A stretch of 64,000 bases of DNA from Octopus sinensis (GCF_006345805.1 NC_043000.1:105214001-105278000); one strand, 5' to 3'. Positions 25,331-40,317 are shown, counted from the first letter of the stretch. The notes: generated by a model not told the origin, from the sequence alone. Numbers and translations are program-made.

Positions 25331-26407
25331 CGAAACTTACAAAACATTAACCCTGAAATTCTATTGTAAGAACTGATTACTTGATCGACTACAAATTTCA
25401 TTTCGCCAACAAAGTTCCCCACTTTCTTTTCCATGTACAGCTGTAAATTGAGAAGATTTAGGGTTCCCTCAGTACTGACAGTTTGAAAATGGATGTGAAA
25501 AGGATTCGACTCCTGCGAACATGACTTCATGCCTATGTCGTTTCATAGCGACTGTAGCTGTCGTCCAATTTATACATACCACGCTCTTTTTTTTTCTTTT
25601 TTGTAAACTTGATTATACAAGTAAATGAATTTGCTTCAGTAGATTGTTTTAAACCTTACTAGAAAGCCTTGCGATCACTCCAGGTATTATGAAATTAACG
25701 GAGAATATCCGTAGCTATATAAGCTTAACGAGAGCACGGTAAACTGCAGTCTTTGCATACCCAACATCGACAAGGATAAACTCAGATCTACACCCCCAGA
25801 ACAGCTCATTTCGCCAATGATATTTCGCCAGAGATTCCATAACTCAAGTATAATCTGTCACAATCTATAACAAGTAAAACAAAGCTTTATGCAAAATATT
25901 AGCTGTTAATTCACGATATAACATTTTCGAATGTATCTCAATTTGGTGGTCAAAGTGATCATGTACCAATGTGGGAAAGGCGCTATTGACCTTTCCATAG
26001 AAAATTCTGTGCATAGTTACGATGTGATGGAGAACAACAACGTGATGGTCTGCCCACAAATACAATGAAATGCCTGCAGCAGTGTTGAGCTGACAACTTA
26101 AAGTCTTGTTAATGTTCATATCTTATATGCATAGCCATTTGGCATCTGTAAATATGCACACGCACACACACACACACACACATATATGTAAGTATGTATA
26201 TGTATATATATTGTATATAAGTATTATATCATATGTGTATGTATGGATTATATGTATATTATAAGTGTTTTATATATGCATACACATACACGTGTGTGCG
26301 TGTGTGTGCGTGTGTATGTGTGTATGTGTGTGTGTGCATCAGTATGTATGTATATGAATATTCATATATGCATGTACATACGCACACGACAGAAGGAAAA
26401 ACTGGTT

Positions 26408-26438
26408 AAGAAGAAGAAGAAGACGACGACGACGACGC

Positions 26439-26498
<60 letters not shown>

Positions 26499-26542
26499 CG
26501 ATGACAATGACGATGACGATGACGATGATGATGATGATGATG
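26408..26542. repeat. (AAG)(ACG)(ATG)n compound trinucleotide repeat
   Basis: Direct tandem repeat. Confidence 0.95.
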
Positions 26543-27007
26543 AACTAATTAAGAAGGGGAGGAAGAAAACAAGTGAAGAAATAACAGTGACTGAAATAAA
26601 CAATAGCCGAGTAATTCAGACACAAAAATAATAATAAACAATTACATGTGGGTGGGACAAGAAAGGAGTAGAGAGAGTAAGGAGTGTAGTGGGAGGAAAA
26701 TCAAATTATATTAGCTAACAGTTATTATCTACGCTAACCACCACCACCATACACAAATACTACTACTTTAAATAAGCATTGAGAGGCTGGCATAGAATAA
26801 CAAGTGTTTATATATAAATAGTACGTACACGTACATACACACATACATACCTGCATACACACATGTATACATGCATAATATATATACACACATGTAATAT
26901 AAACATACATATATATATATAATATATATATATATATGGGCGTGTTTATATATGCGTGTGAATATATATATATATATATATAATATATATATATATATTA
27001 TATATAT

Positions 27008-27051
<44 letters not shown>

Positions 27052-27586
27052 GTATTGTATATACACACACACACAGACGCCACAAATGAATATACAGATG
27101 TTTACACCTATATCTTGAAATATATACAATGCATACAAATATACGCACTAAATGAAATGCGTATATATATATATATATATATAAATAGGTGTGTATGCGT
27201 AAGTATGTATTTATGTAAGCAATTACATACATGCACACAATTACCCACACACAATTACTTTTGTGACACACCATATACACGCACGCACACACACATATAC
27301 ACACACTTACACAATTTACTTGCAATCTTCGTGTATCTCACATATGTACATGCACGGTTGTTATATATTTATGTGAATTTGTCTGTGTAGGGGGAGTGTG
27401 GCGGGAGCGTGTGTGTGTGTGTTTGTATTTGTGTGTGTGTGTGTGTGTTTGTGTTTGTGTGTGTGAGTATGTGAGTGTGTATGAGTAAGTAATCAAGTCA
27501 TGTGCTAAACAAGTGGTTCTTGAAAATTGAATCTTTAGTAAATGTATTGCTAACAATGAAAACATGGAAACAACAACGACGACGAC

Positions 27587-27617
<31 letters not shown>

Positions 27618-27677
27618 GATGATGATGATGATGATGATGATGACGATGATGATGATGATGACGATGATGATAATGAT

Positions 27678-27850
27678 TTCATTTATTTGCCACAAGGGTG
27701 AAGGATGTGGGGACAATGCAAAGAAAGACATAAAATGCGGAGATTTACATATAATGAAATGAATAAAAAAAGGAAAGTAATTAAGTATACACAGTATACA
27801 CTGAAAACGAAGGGACATATACATAGCATATGAAGATTTAAAACAAAAAG
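27678..27850 (-). mobile_element. 3'UTR-only copy of Tx1/L1-clade LINE ending in (ATC)n
   Basis: Reverse strand ends tatgtctttctttgcattgtccccacatccttcacccttgtggcaaataaatgaaatcatt(atc)n; homologous to the 3' end of 27968-28295. Confidence 0.65.
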
Positions 27851-27967
27851 AACAACAGCCGTGGCGACGTCGACAAAGGCGAAGGCGACGTCGACAAAGG
27901 CGAAGGCGACGACGACGACAATGATGATGATGTCGATGACGACGACGATGACGATGATAATGATGAT

Positions 27968-28288
27968 TTCTTTTATTTGTCTTCGGGGTGACGGATGAGG
28001 GGGTAACAAAAAGAGAGACATAAGCCGCTGGGCCTTACATAGAATGAAAGGTGTATATACGGTGCATAGTAAAACTGAAAGAAGTGTACATAGTAAAAAA
28101 TGTGTGATAATGTCATCTTCCTGATAGAAGAGGAACTCTATGACCAATTGAGGTACCTTCCCCACTATCCAAGATGTCCCCGAAAACCAAGTGCAAGTGC
28201 CCACTCCAATATACAGAGCGGCGCCATCCACTCTTACCATTTTTGCTACTTCCAACCACCTTCCTATAAATTCGCTCGGGGACAGCAC

Positions 28289-28295
<7 letters not shown>
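27968..28295 (-). mobile_element. Tx1/L1-clade LINE 3' end (ORF2 terminus plus 3'UTR) ending in (ATC/GTC)n
   Basis: SVLSPSEFIGRWLEVAKMVRVDG resembles a Tx1 ORF2 terminus and aligns with the end of 40751-41381; tail caaataaaagaaatcatcattatc. Confidence 0.7.
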
Positions 28296-28331
<36 letters not shown>

Positions 28332-28505
28332 ACTCTCTGCCCTCACTTTCCTTTGTAAATGAAATTTGGTAAAGTATCTACCAAAGAGGAATGTCCTTAT
28401 ACGTTTCAGTCTTATTACCAAATAACTGTCCTGATAACTAGCCAAGTCAGTTTGTTTAGGTCGAGACCCAGTATCTCCCCGAGAACCTCGTCACACTTCC
28501 CTGCT

Positions 28506-28733
28506 GCGAGCTGGCAGAAACGTCAGCGCGTCGGGCGAAATGCTTAGCCGTATTTCGTCTGCCGTTACGTTCTGAGTTCAAATTCCGCCGAGGTCGACTT
28601 TGCCTTTCATCCTTTCGGGGTCGATTAAATAAAGTACCAGTTTCGCACTGGGGTCGATATAATTGACTTAATCACTTTGTCTGTCCTTGTTTGTCCTCTC
28701 TGTGTTTAGCCCCTTGTGGGCAGTAAAGAAATA
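28506..28733 (+). mobile_element. Young full-length Meta/MESC-domain SINE, subfamily with the agccccttgtgggca.taaagaaat tail
   Basis: Nearly identical to the reverse complement of 60720-60957. Confidence 0.95.
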
Positions 28734-29107
28734 TATATTGTAAAAGTTGGACATCCACCGATCCCATTGCCAGACTGATAGATTTGTATTAATAAGTAGG
28801 TAGCTAATACTGTAGCGAAGAGTGAAATCTTTTATTCTCAAGATTAAGGGAATTTTACGCTTCATCTCTATGCTGAATATTATCCAAAAACAATGATGGT
28901 ATTTCTCTGTGTTCTATCGACCTGCTAGAAACAGCAATATCGTTTCCGTTACTCACATCCAGCTGACTGCAACAAGTCGCTGATTTACATAAAGATAGGT
29001 TGTTCAATGATTATAGATCTACTTAATCCGAGATAACCAGAGCCCAAATAGCAACAACAATGGCCCTGAAGCATTCCAGTTCAGCTCTCTATTAGTTCGT
29101 GTGTGTG

Positions 29108-29141
<34 letters not shown>

Positions 29142-29492
29142 GTGTGTGTGTGTGTGCGTGCGTGCGCGTGCGTGCGTGTGCGTATGTGTGTGTCACAGAA
29201 CCTCCCAAAGCTAGACACCAATATCTAAGTACTATCTGAGCGTAAATAGGTTACCGATGAAGAAAACCAAACAATATCAAAATAAGCGATTCTCACAAAC
29301 TATGAAACCGTAAACACTTTCCATTCTTCAAGGATGAGTAGCAACTCAGAATAACAAACCTAATATATACAAAATTCACAATCGAGCATGACATATGTGT
29401 ACTCCCATCTTCAGCTCCCCAAACAGTTATCACTGTGGTTTCAGCACCTAAGCAGTACCATTCAATTTGGTGGTGCCCATAACGTTAGAAAT

Positions 29493-29711
<219 letters not shown>

Positions 29712-30847
29712 TCGAGTTTTGAAAGATTCCTTCTTTCTTTGAACACGGACAAAATATGAGATAATATGAAATTGGAGGATTACTTTCCTTTGACAAAAGA
29801 ACAAATATATAGTTTCCTTTCTTGGGTATAAAATGTGAGGATTTCATTTCAAGCATAGTACAACATTTTGCAGGATATGCTATATTGCCACCCTTGGTGT
29901 TTTACTAGTATTAGCTATTCGATTTGATGAAAAACAAGTTTAAGACAAACGAGATTTTAACTTAGACTATGAATCAACAGATATTAAATTAGATTCTATA
30001 AAGCATGCCGTCAAGTTATCTTAATATTTAATTAAATCTAGTTATGCGTAATCTCAGAATAGCCGACCAGAGGGACACGATCACTTATTGCCAAGTAAAG
30101 AATCTATTCTGATGCTATATATGTTAACATGTTTAGTTGTGTGTGTGTTGTCTAGGTACAAGTATAACTTCTTTACAGTGTGATCTAATCGACAGAACTA
30201 ACTACACTGACATTACTAGTTATTAGTAATATTTATTTCACTTGACGCTTCGTGGACCCTTTTTATAGATCCTTATTTTCTGAAATGGAACAAGAAGTTA
30301 ACTATACGTTTCTTGCTTCTGAGAGTGGGAAAAAAAAGAAGCCACCATCAGAGAGCAAAATTAAGATATAAACTGAGCTAGTTTAGTCACTATATAACCC
30401 ACTTGCTACGTTGTTCTATCAATACAAACTGTTCTATAGCCTCTCCGGAAGTACACAGAAACCAAACATGCGTAAATTAAGACAAGTGTCATAATGGCAC
30501 ACAGAAATACACACACACACACACTTATATACACAAAGCACACACTCACTCACGCGCACACACACATAATTATAGAGGGAAACACAGGCGCACTCTTTCA
30601 CACACACACAGGCAAAAATATAACAAACTGTTCAACCAAGCCGTTTAACTGACAGGAACAACTCAACATTACGCTGGTCTATAAACTCTTCAGACATATA
30701 TTTAATCAAACACGTATGAAGGAAAAGCTCTACCAGAATCTCAAACAGAAATACACAGAAATACAAACACATAATCATACACACAACCATACACACGCAC
30801 AATTATACTACACATATATTCACACGCTTATACATGTATTTGTATAT

Positions 30848-31006
30848 ATGTATGTATGTATGTGTATGTGTGTATGTATGTATGTATGCATTATGTATGT
30901 ACGTATGTATGTATGTATGTATGTATGTATGTATGTATGTATGTATGTATGTATGTATGTATGTATGTATGTATGTATGTATGTATGTATGTATGTATGT
31001 ATGTAT
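30848..31006. repeat. (TATG)n microsatellite
   Basis: Direct tandem repeat. Confidence 0.95.
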
Positions 31007-32083
31007 TCGACACCATTGTTAGTATAATTTCCTTAACCTTCCCCCAACAACCAACGTTAAAGTGATATCATGCGTAATTGCAAGTGACCACTGATAATAT
31101 AGATCCAAGATGTGACCATTACGATTACTTCTATCCACTGAAACGATTGGTACAACAGAGGAAGGTCTCTCTCTCTCTCTCTCTGTAGTCAGTTGACCTG
31201 CTAGAAATAACTATCAAATTGGTCTTAAATCAGACCCAAGTCTTTTTTCACATTGGATTAAACTGTCCTAAATAAACATAAGATAGGGAAGGCTGGAGTA
31301 CCGTCGACCTCTTCATCTAGGACTGAAGCATCAACAATAACGACAGAACCAACAGTGATAATGATGCCCAACCCCACTAAAATAACCATTGTAGAACCAG
31401 CAGTGACAAGAACCGTTGCTAAAACTACTACAATAACAGCAACAATAATAACAGTTACTACTGCAACTACTTCCATGACAACAACAACTACTACCACGGC
31501 AAAACCGTAGCAACTGTTGTTATTACATTGTTTTATTAGTGTCCAATTTTATATCGACAGATTCAGATTTATGCGGAGTAACGCGCGTTCGACATACACA
31601 AACACAAACACACATACACACACATACGCACTTGCACGCACACACACACACACACACACACCTGCACGCGCACGCACACACACAAACATACACACTCACA
31701 CATATGTTCCTATATGTATTCATACAAGCATGCATGTATACCCACATGCATACATACACATATATATATATATATACATTCATGCATACATACATACATA
31801 CATACATACATACATACATACATACACATACATACATACATACATACATACATACATACATACACGATTATAGACTCGTACACGCAAACAGATATACGAA
31901 CCTATATATATCCACAGCAACTCACATACACACATAGACACACACAGACATACACACATACTCAAACACACACACACATTACCACAGGCAGGTTTCTCGT
32001 GTAGATTTATCTCTCCCGTCTGCACAGACATACATAAACATCTAAAATCATAGTCATATATTTTCACATATAAAACATACACA

Positions 32084-32134
<51 letters not shown>

Positions 32135-32276
32135 CACACATGCGCACACATACACACACATACATATTCTCATATCTTATAGTTAGTTTCACACCCTGTT
32201 AATGTCCATTTTCTACATCTCTTTCTCTGAACAACGTACTCCTCTTGTCAGAATACTTATTTCCCCTCCCTTACAT

Positions 32277-32312
<36 letters not shown>

Positions 32313-32799
32313 CCTGTCTCCTTCCATTCTCTATCCTACTTTTTCATCTATTTCTTTTTGTTCTTACATCTTCCTTCTGTTTCTGTTTACTCTTCTCTCT
32401 CTTCCATCAAAATTCATGATTTACTCTAGACCAAACACAACAGACTCAAGCCATCTTGCGTAAATATCATGACTCATACCGCCGTGCCTAGACTATTAAT
32501 CCTTTAGTGGACTACACAGAATTTTATTTCTATTTCATTTAAATCTATTTCATTTATTTGTTTATTTGACGATTTGAAATGTAAGGTATTATAGCTTTTG
32601 CATTTAATAATAAACATACAATTTAAATCTCGGTTTGAAAAGTAAACAACGTAAACAACCAGAATTTTTTGTGTCTCCGTAAGCAGTAATACGACTGATG
32701 TGAGTTGTTTTCAGTGTTCATAGACCTTCTTCAGAGAAAGAATATGCGCCATATATCTGTCCACAGAAACATCGGCAGCATTTCGCTATTTATGGTGTA

Positions 32800-33171
32800 C
32801 TAGCAGTATCGCCCGGCGTTGCTCGGGTTTGTAAGGGAAATAACTATAAAGCATTTTTAGAGAGTTATAGCCAAAAAATGGGAAAAAAATGATGGCAAAT
32901 TTTTTTTTTAGTTAAAAAGGTCGAGTTGCGTCCCCTAGACAGTCTGTGGTTTGTGTTTCTGATTCTCGACCCCATGTCGAATTTATCGATTTTTTTCAGA
33001 ACTGGGGGAACTTTTCAAAGTTTTCGCTGCCTTAGTTTTGAATTATGATATTGGGCTATGTGTGTGTCAAGTTTCATCAGAATCGGTTGAAAGCCGTGGT
33101 CAGGGTGAGGGTACAACCTAACAGACACACAGAAACACACACAGACAAACTGCCGTTTATATATAGAGAGA
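32800..33171 (-). mobile_element. Complete non-autonomous Helitron
   Basis: Reverse strand A|TCTCTCTATATATAAA 5' end, subterminal hairpin cccgagcaacgccggg, and CTAG|T 3' end; inserted in an AT dinucleotide without TSD. Confidence 0.85.
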
Positions 33172-33231
33172 TGCAAATAAAAATAGTCAGTTATTTACTT
33201 TTTACGGCGACGCTGAAATTTTGCTTATCTT

Positions 33232-33510
33232 TTCCATATTTCAGTCATTTGACTGCAGCCATGCTGGGCCATCACCTTGAAGTGTTTTAGTCAAACAAAT
33301 TAACCTCAGGACTTATTTTTTAAAGCCTAGTACTTATTCTGTCGGTCTCTTTTGCTGAACTGCTAAATTACGAAGACGTAAACACATACTGTCAAGCGGT
33401 GGTGGGGACATTCATAGACACAAAGATACGCACATGCACACACACACATACACACACACACACACATATATACGACGGGCTTCTTTCAGTTTCCGTCTAC
33501 CAAATCCACA
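33232..33510 (-). mobile_element. CORE-type SINE, 3' part
   Basis: tttcagtcatttgactgcagccatgctgg...gacgggcttctttcagtttccgtctaccaaatccac. Confidence 0.88.
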
Positions 33511-33674
33511 ATTTTCTAGAAGTCGCCAGTCTTCTGCAAACAGTGGCTGGAGGTTTGCAATCATTTTTATACTAGCCCTCGCTGTGTTATATGCACATGA
33601 TTTTTAAAGGTTTACAATCTTTTATAAATATGTTGGCAATATTCCATCCATAGTGTTTGTTTATTTGTCTATTT

Positions 33675-33866
33675 GCGAGCTGGCAGAATCGTTTGCACGC
33701 AGTATTTCGCCCGTCGCTACGTTCTGAGTTCAAATTCCGTCGAGGTCGACTTTGCCTTTCATCCTTTCGGGGTTGATAAATTAAGTACCAGTTGCATACT
33801 GGAGTCGATGTAATCGACTATAACCCTCCCCCAAATTTCAGGCTTTGTGCCTATAATAGAAAGGAT
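33675..33866 (+). mobile_element. Meta/MESC-domain SINE with 14-bp TSD
   Basis: gcgagctggcagaatcg...gactttgcctttcatcctttcggg; atttgtctatttgc at 33663-33676 and 33865-33878. Confidence 0.93.
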
Positions 33867-34403
33867 TTGTCTATTTGCTTTTATGTATTTTGGTTTAAAC
33901 TACATAGATAAATTTAATTGCTTTTAACTTGAGCTGAAGTGTTTGCAAATGATGAAGTGCGTTTCGATCAGGACTTTAGCTTTAAGAAAATAAAAAAAAT
34001 AAATAAATAAAGCACCGATATAATCTTGCATTAAAAGAAAATATAAACAATTTGTCACTACAAAACAAAGCAATTGTATTTGATATAACAGATATTTCGG
34101 GAAAATGAGGAAGATTTTTCAGTAGTAGTTTCAGTATAGACCGTGTGTTTGTGAACAAATTCTCTAAGCTGTGTCTCACCCCTTTCCTAAAGGATAAAAG
34201 AAAATGACCTCAACATGAAAATGTGATTTTCATTGCCAGTTTGCTTCCGCATTATAAAGAATTCTGTTGCCATCCGGTGCCAAATCGGAAACGCTAATTA
34301 ACAAAGACATCTTTTGGTTCAGCGTAAACCCAGCATCCCAACTTCTCCAAAAAAAATTTCTCATAATCATCAGATTATGAGATAAAATTTCTAGTACTAT
34401 CTA

Positions 34404-34419
34404 TTGTTGCTGCCGCCGC

Positions 34420-34494
<75 letters not shown>

Positions 34495-34514
34495 GGAGGA
34501 GGAGGAGGAGGAGG
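34404..34514. repeat. (CTG)(ATG)(AGG)n compound trinucleotide repeat
   Basis: Direct tandem repeat. Confidence 0.93.
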
Positions 34515-36800
34515 CGGGTACTGCTGTCGTTGATGTTTTTGTTGTTTAGCCCCAATCCAACCTTCACCGTTACATTCGGATTTATTTGTTTTTCCTTTTG
34601 TCAGATGTAATATATCCTGGACTACATTATCTAATGTGCCTCATCTTTAATCATGGCAGGATTTGATTTGAAAACGATTTGGCTGATATTTCTAACACGT
34701 TGACTGAAAGAAGGCAGTGTAACAAAAAGGAGTTTGTTGTCATTGTTGTCGTTGTTGCAGTTACTGTTGTTGTTGTCGTCGTCGTCGTCGTCGTCGTTGG
34801 TGGTGGTGGTGGTGATGATGATGATTATGATGATGATAATGATGATGATGTTGTTGTTGTTGTTGTTTTGCCTCAGACCAGAACAGACTGAACACATATT
34901 ATCAAGATGCTCCACTCGTTACTTATCCAGTCTCATTTTCTAAACGCTGTATATAGACCTAAATTTCTGAACCTTCTTTACTACGATAGTTAATTGAGGA
35001 AGGAGTTGATTGTTATTTCTAGCAAACTGAGACACAGCATAGAGTTCTCCTTCATTGGCTTGATGAACGAGGAGTAGAGATGAATCGTAGAGGTAATAGG
35101 GAAGCTGTCTGAAAATATTAGTAATCGTAATTGTGGTTGTTTGGTGGTTGTTATGTGTTATGTATTCAGTGGATTGGCGGTGTGGTGGAAACAGGGTCTA
35201 TGAGATGGGGAGTCAACCGGTGCGTGGCTCCGGGGTTCGAAGGACCAATGAGGGTTTGTGGTTAACGGTTGAGCGCCCCTTCTCCTCTCTAAAAGAAAAA
35301 AATTAACTCAGTAGGTTCCAATTTTGGCAAGAGCTACTCACTCCATCCCTGAGATTGGTTGTGGGATAGTAGGGTAGTTGTGGAATGTTGGGTGATGGAG
35401 TGGTTGTTTGATAGTAGCTATGGTGGTTGTGGTGATTCTAGTTGTAATGATGGTGTTGTCGCAGTGGTTGGTTTTCGTGGTCTGTTGGCGATGGTGTAGT
35501 GATATGGTAATATATTATTGTTGGTGGTGGTGGTGATTGCGTACTGGTATTCTTGGTATTGGTGGCGGTTTAGTGGTGGTATGTTAGTTGTGATGATGAG
35601 AGCAAGAGAAAAAGAGGTGGTGGGTTTAAAACTAGGAGTCTTGATGCTGAATATCTAGAGAAGGATACATAATTATAAAAATTGCCTGAGATGGGGCTGA
35701 AAGAGAGATGACAGTCAAACGGGGTCTAGTAAAAATAGAGTTTACAAAGGCATGGAAACAAAACGAACTGAAATACACGCAGAAGCACACCGGGAGTAGT
35801 GAGAGGAAAATAGATAAATAGTAGAAACAGAGTGTAGAGAATCAGATTAGTCGAAAGCAGAGGGAACAACAGTAACCATACAGAAGCTATGAGAAGCAAC
35901 TCTCTGGACGAACAGAGAAGAATTAACTGGAAATAGGAAGCAGGTGGGGTCAAGAAATAGGACAGATGAGAAATAAGAGACTGACGCGGAGTGGGGAGTA
36001 AATATATGTAGAGAGAGTTAGAAAAAAAAGTCTACATAGAGGGGAAAATACAAATGTACAGGAAAAGCGAAAACAAATGCGACCGATTTTTACATCGTTT
36101 CCGTCTTGGCAATTCCAATTTATGTGAAAGGAAGGAAGCTTTGAAATTATAAAAATGATGAGTAACAAGTTGTTGCAAAAGAGCTTTAAAGACAGGATAG
36201 TTAAATTTAGAGGGTAAGCAGGTACAAGGAAGCAAGACTAACTGACTTTGACTTCTGTATTTCAATCTTCCAACTTTATATCAACAAAGGATGGTCCTCA
36301 ATGTAATCACTCCACCTGCTAGATGTCGTGACTAATCTTATCATATCCTACTGTCTCAGAAGAGGAAAAAACACCTTGAATAATGTATCCCTGACTACTA
36401 AAGAGGAATGGATGGCCACGGCTGGAATTCATTCAGTATTAACCTCGGACTAAACAACTACAGCATCGTTCTCTAATACCATCAGAGACTTCACACCAAT
36501 ATTTTGTAACTTATTTTATAGCACTTTATTGCAAGTTTTATTCACACAATACTTATGGCTCATTCTAGAGCAACACGTATCCTACCAAAATGTTGCTATG
36601 CTCTCTTGGTAGTGGTAGAAGTGGTGGGGTGTCTTCGTCGTCGTCGTTGGGTTGTTATAGTTGTTGGCTGTAGTAGTAGTGACATAACTCCAGGCAATCA
36701 TTCACTGAGCTAAGATATGAGCAAAGATTTCATGGAGGTGCAGTAATTTAAGAGAGGCTTCGTTACTATCCCTAGGTTATGCGAACACATATGTATTAAT

Positions 36801-36950
<150 letters not shown>

Positions 36951-37752
36951 TGCATATATAATATATTACACACACACACACACACATACACATACAATAA
37001 CTGCATTTACAAATTGCACTCGGAACTGTGGAAACGTACGACTAAATGATAAAATGATACACTTTGCATCATTTTAACTTTCGAATGACGCCGCCCCCAC
37101 TTGCTTGTAAGTAGGCCAACATTCCCCCTTCCCTGATCTAAAGGTGGATTGGAACAGTGTGAAATTATGTGTTTTGCTCAAGTAAACAACGTGCCGCCTG
37201 GTTTGGCAATCGAGTCCGGCGGGAATTGAACTCACGATCAAGTGATTGTGAGTGCGACAGCCTAACTAGCAGGCCACGCATTTTCATATATATATAAGGG
37301 AGTACGTGTATATATCTAAAATTACAAAAGTGACACAAACGGACTGAGTTTGAAAGAACGCACTTTAAAATGTTTAAGAGGAAACATCTCGAAAACATAA
37401 AAGAAATTATAAGTGATGATTTATATACTATGATGATTTACACTGTATGATTCGTCATTACAAATACTGGCCATTGTTAAGGGTCAAACAAAATTAATGT
37501 GGGAACCGAGAAATCTCTTACGATCTCCTTTGAAGTTTTCAAACAAGTTAATTGCATCGAAACTTTTGTCGTTGACTCACTTTTGTAACTTTCTGGCGAT
37601 TAAAAAATCTACCAAATATATATATATATACGTATGAGTTTTTTTACCTGTCATTGTTTATTTACAATGCATTTTTACATTTATTAAGTAACGGTACGCA
37701 CGCACACCCAACATTTTTAACAATAAGTTTATATATATATATATATATATAT

Positions 37753-38130
37753 AACAAAGTAGAGTTGTAAGGTACCGCACGAGTGGAATTATATATGAAA
37801 GAAGGTTTGAAAAGGCAATTTTAAAAGATGTTTATTTACTTTACCGGTTTCACTTTTTTAGAAAAAGATTGTCAAAAGTAACATGTAAAAGCTTGGTTGT
37901 GTTAGTTACTGGTTGTCACAAAATACTACAATACATATATACATTCCTTGATAATAAGAACATGTTAAGAACAGTTTACAAGGGAAAATCTTGGGAAAAT
38001 ATAAAAAAAGTTTAACAAGTTCATTAAAATATTGGGCACAAAATATTACAACATATATATACATTCTCAAGAGAATGTTAAAGATAGTTTCCAGAAGAAA
38101 TTATTAAAAAGCTCAGTGGGATATTGGTAT
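37753..38130 (-). mobile_element. Penelope-like terminal-repeat remnant with hammerhead-like motif (37836-37881)
   Basis: Reverse strand ttactt-TTGACAA-[cttttt/aaaaag stem]-GAAA-ccgg-TA-aagtaa; starts directly after (TA)n. Confidence 0.6.
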
Positions 38131-38138
38131 TGTATCTG

Positions 38139-38170
<32 letters not shown>

Positions 38171-38327
38171 GAGAATATTATAAGTTCAAAAAAGTTTACA
38201 TTTTAGTAGTAGGGTAGATTAAACTGACCTGGTTCACCATGTTTTATACATATATATATATATATAATATATATATTATATATATATATATATATAATAT
38301 ATATATATAATATATATATATATATAT

Positions 38328-39056
<729 letters not shown>

Positions 39057-39700
39057 ATATATAAGTATACATAACTGTATGTATATAAACGTATGTATGT
39101 ATGTACTAATCAAAGAATGCAGTATTATAGATCCTTTTCCATCGATCTTATCAATCGGTTTTGCACCGGGAATAAGGTACCGGATATTAGATAATAGGGC
39201 GGTTAACAAACAGCAAGTGCTCTCAGAGAATGCTTAGTTAACCACCGGGTTATCTAATATATAGTTATAAAATACACAGTGTGAAACTGATTAGTAAGAC
39301 TGGCTGAAATGGATCTATAATACATGTCCTTTGATTACAATGCCTACTGAATTGACAAAAATATGAATGTATACTATTTTTCCTGACTTACAGATTCTTA
39401 GATGAATCTAAGTGTGTGTGTGTGTGTGTGTGTGTGTGTTAAATCAAAACTTGTTAACAGAAATGAAAGAACTATAAAAGGGAAAAGAGAACAACAGTTG
39501 AAGTTTTACCTTGTATTTCTTCGATATCTCGAGATTAGAACCCTCTTGGCATCGGGATACGGTGAGGTGATAAAAGAAATATCGAAAAATACATAGTAGT
39601 TCTGCTTGCATTTCTACATTTCTTTCTTTGCAGTGTTTCGGCCTCAAGTTTTAATCTAATCAAATATCACACAATGAATCACCCATACAAATATAGGTGC

Positions 39701-39736
<36 letters not shown>

Positions 39737-40001
39737 GCATATATATATATATATAGATATATATAGATATATACATATATGTGTGTATGTATATATATAA
39801 AATATATACATATATATATATATGTATATATATATATGATTATATGTGCATGTATATATATATATATGTTTATATGTGTATGTATATATATGTATGTATA
39901 TGTATATATATGTATATATATGTATACATATATGTGTGTGTGTGTGTGTGTGCGTGTGTGTGCGCACGTGTGTATGTGTGTGTATATATGTGTCTATATA
40001 T

Positions 40002-40036
<35 letters not shown>

Positions 40037-40317
40037 CAGAGGCAGAGGCAGACAGGCAGACAGACAGAGAGACAGAGAGTGCATTTCATAGTTTCACTTC
40101 ATTTATTGTTTCGGACAAAATGCTTACTGACATTTCTTCTTTAAATTTCAAAATTTGAAACCAGAATTACAATTGTTTCGGTACCATTTCGTTTGTAAAA
40201 GTTACGCATTATCTGTAGCTGACTATTTTGGAGTGGTACTTTCATCAGACTTGCATCAAAGAAATGCTTTCTTATTGTTATATCATATTGTATATACATT
40301 CTCAAATGTCTCTCTGC

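Noticed and set aside
27863-27910. 21-bp tandem duplicate ggcgacgtcgacaaaggcgaa
   Set aside because: Slippage within a decayed (GAC/GAT)n tract; only two units, not CRISPR-like
32700-32740. Minus-strand CTGAAGA...GAAA motif
   Set aside because: Stems I-III are not convincingly paired
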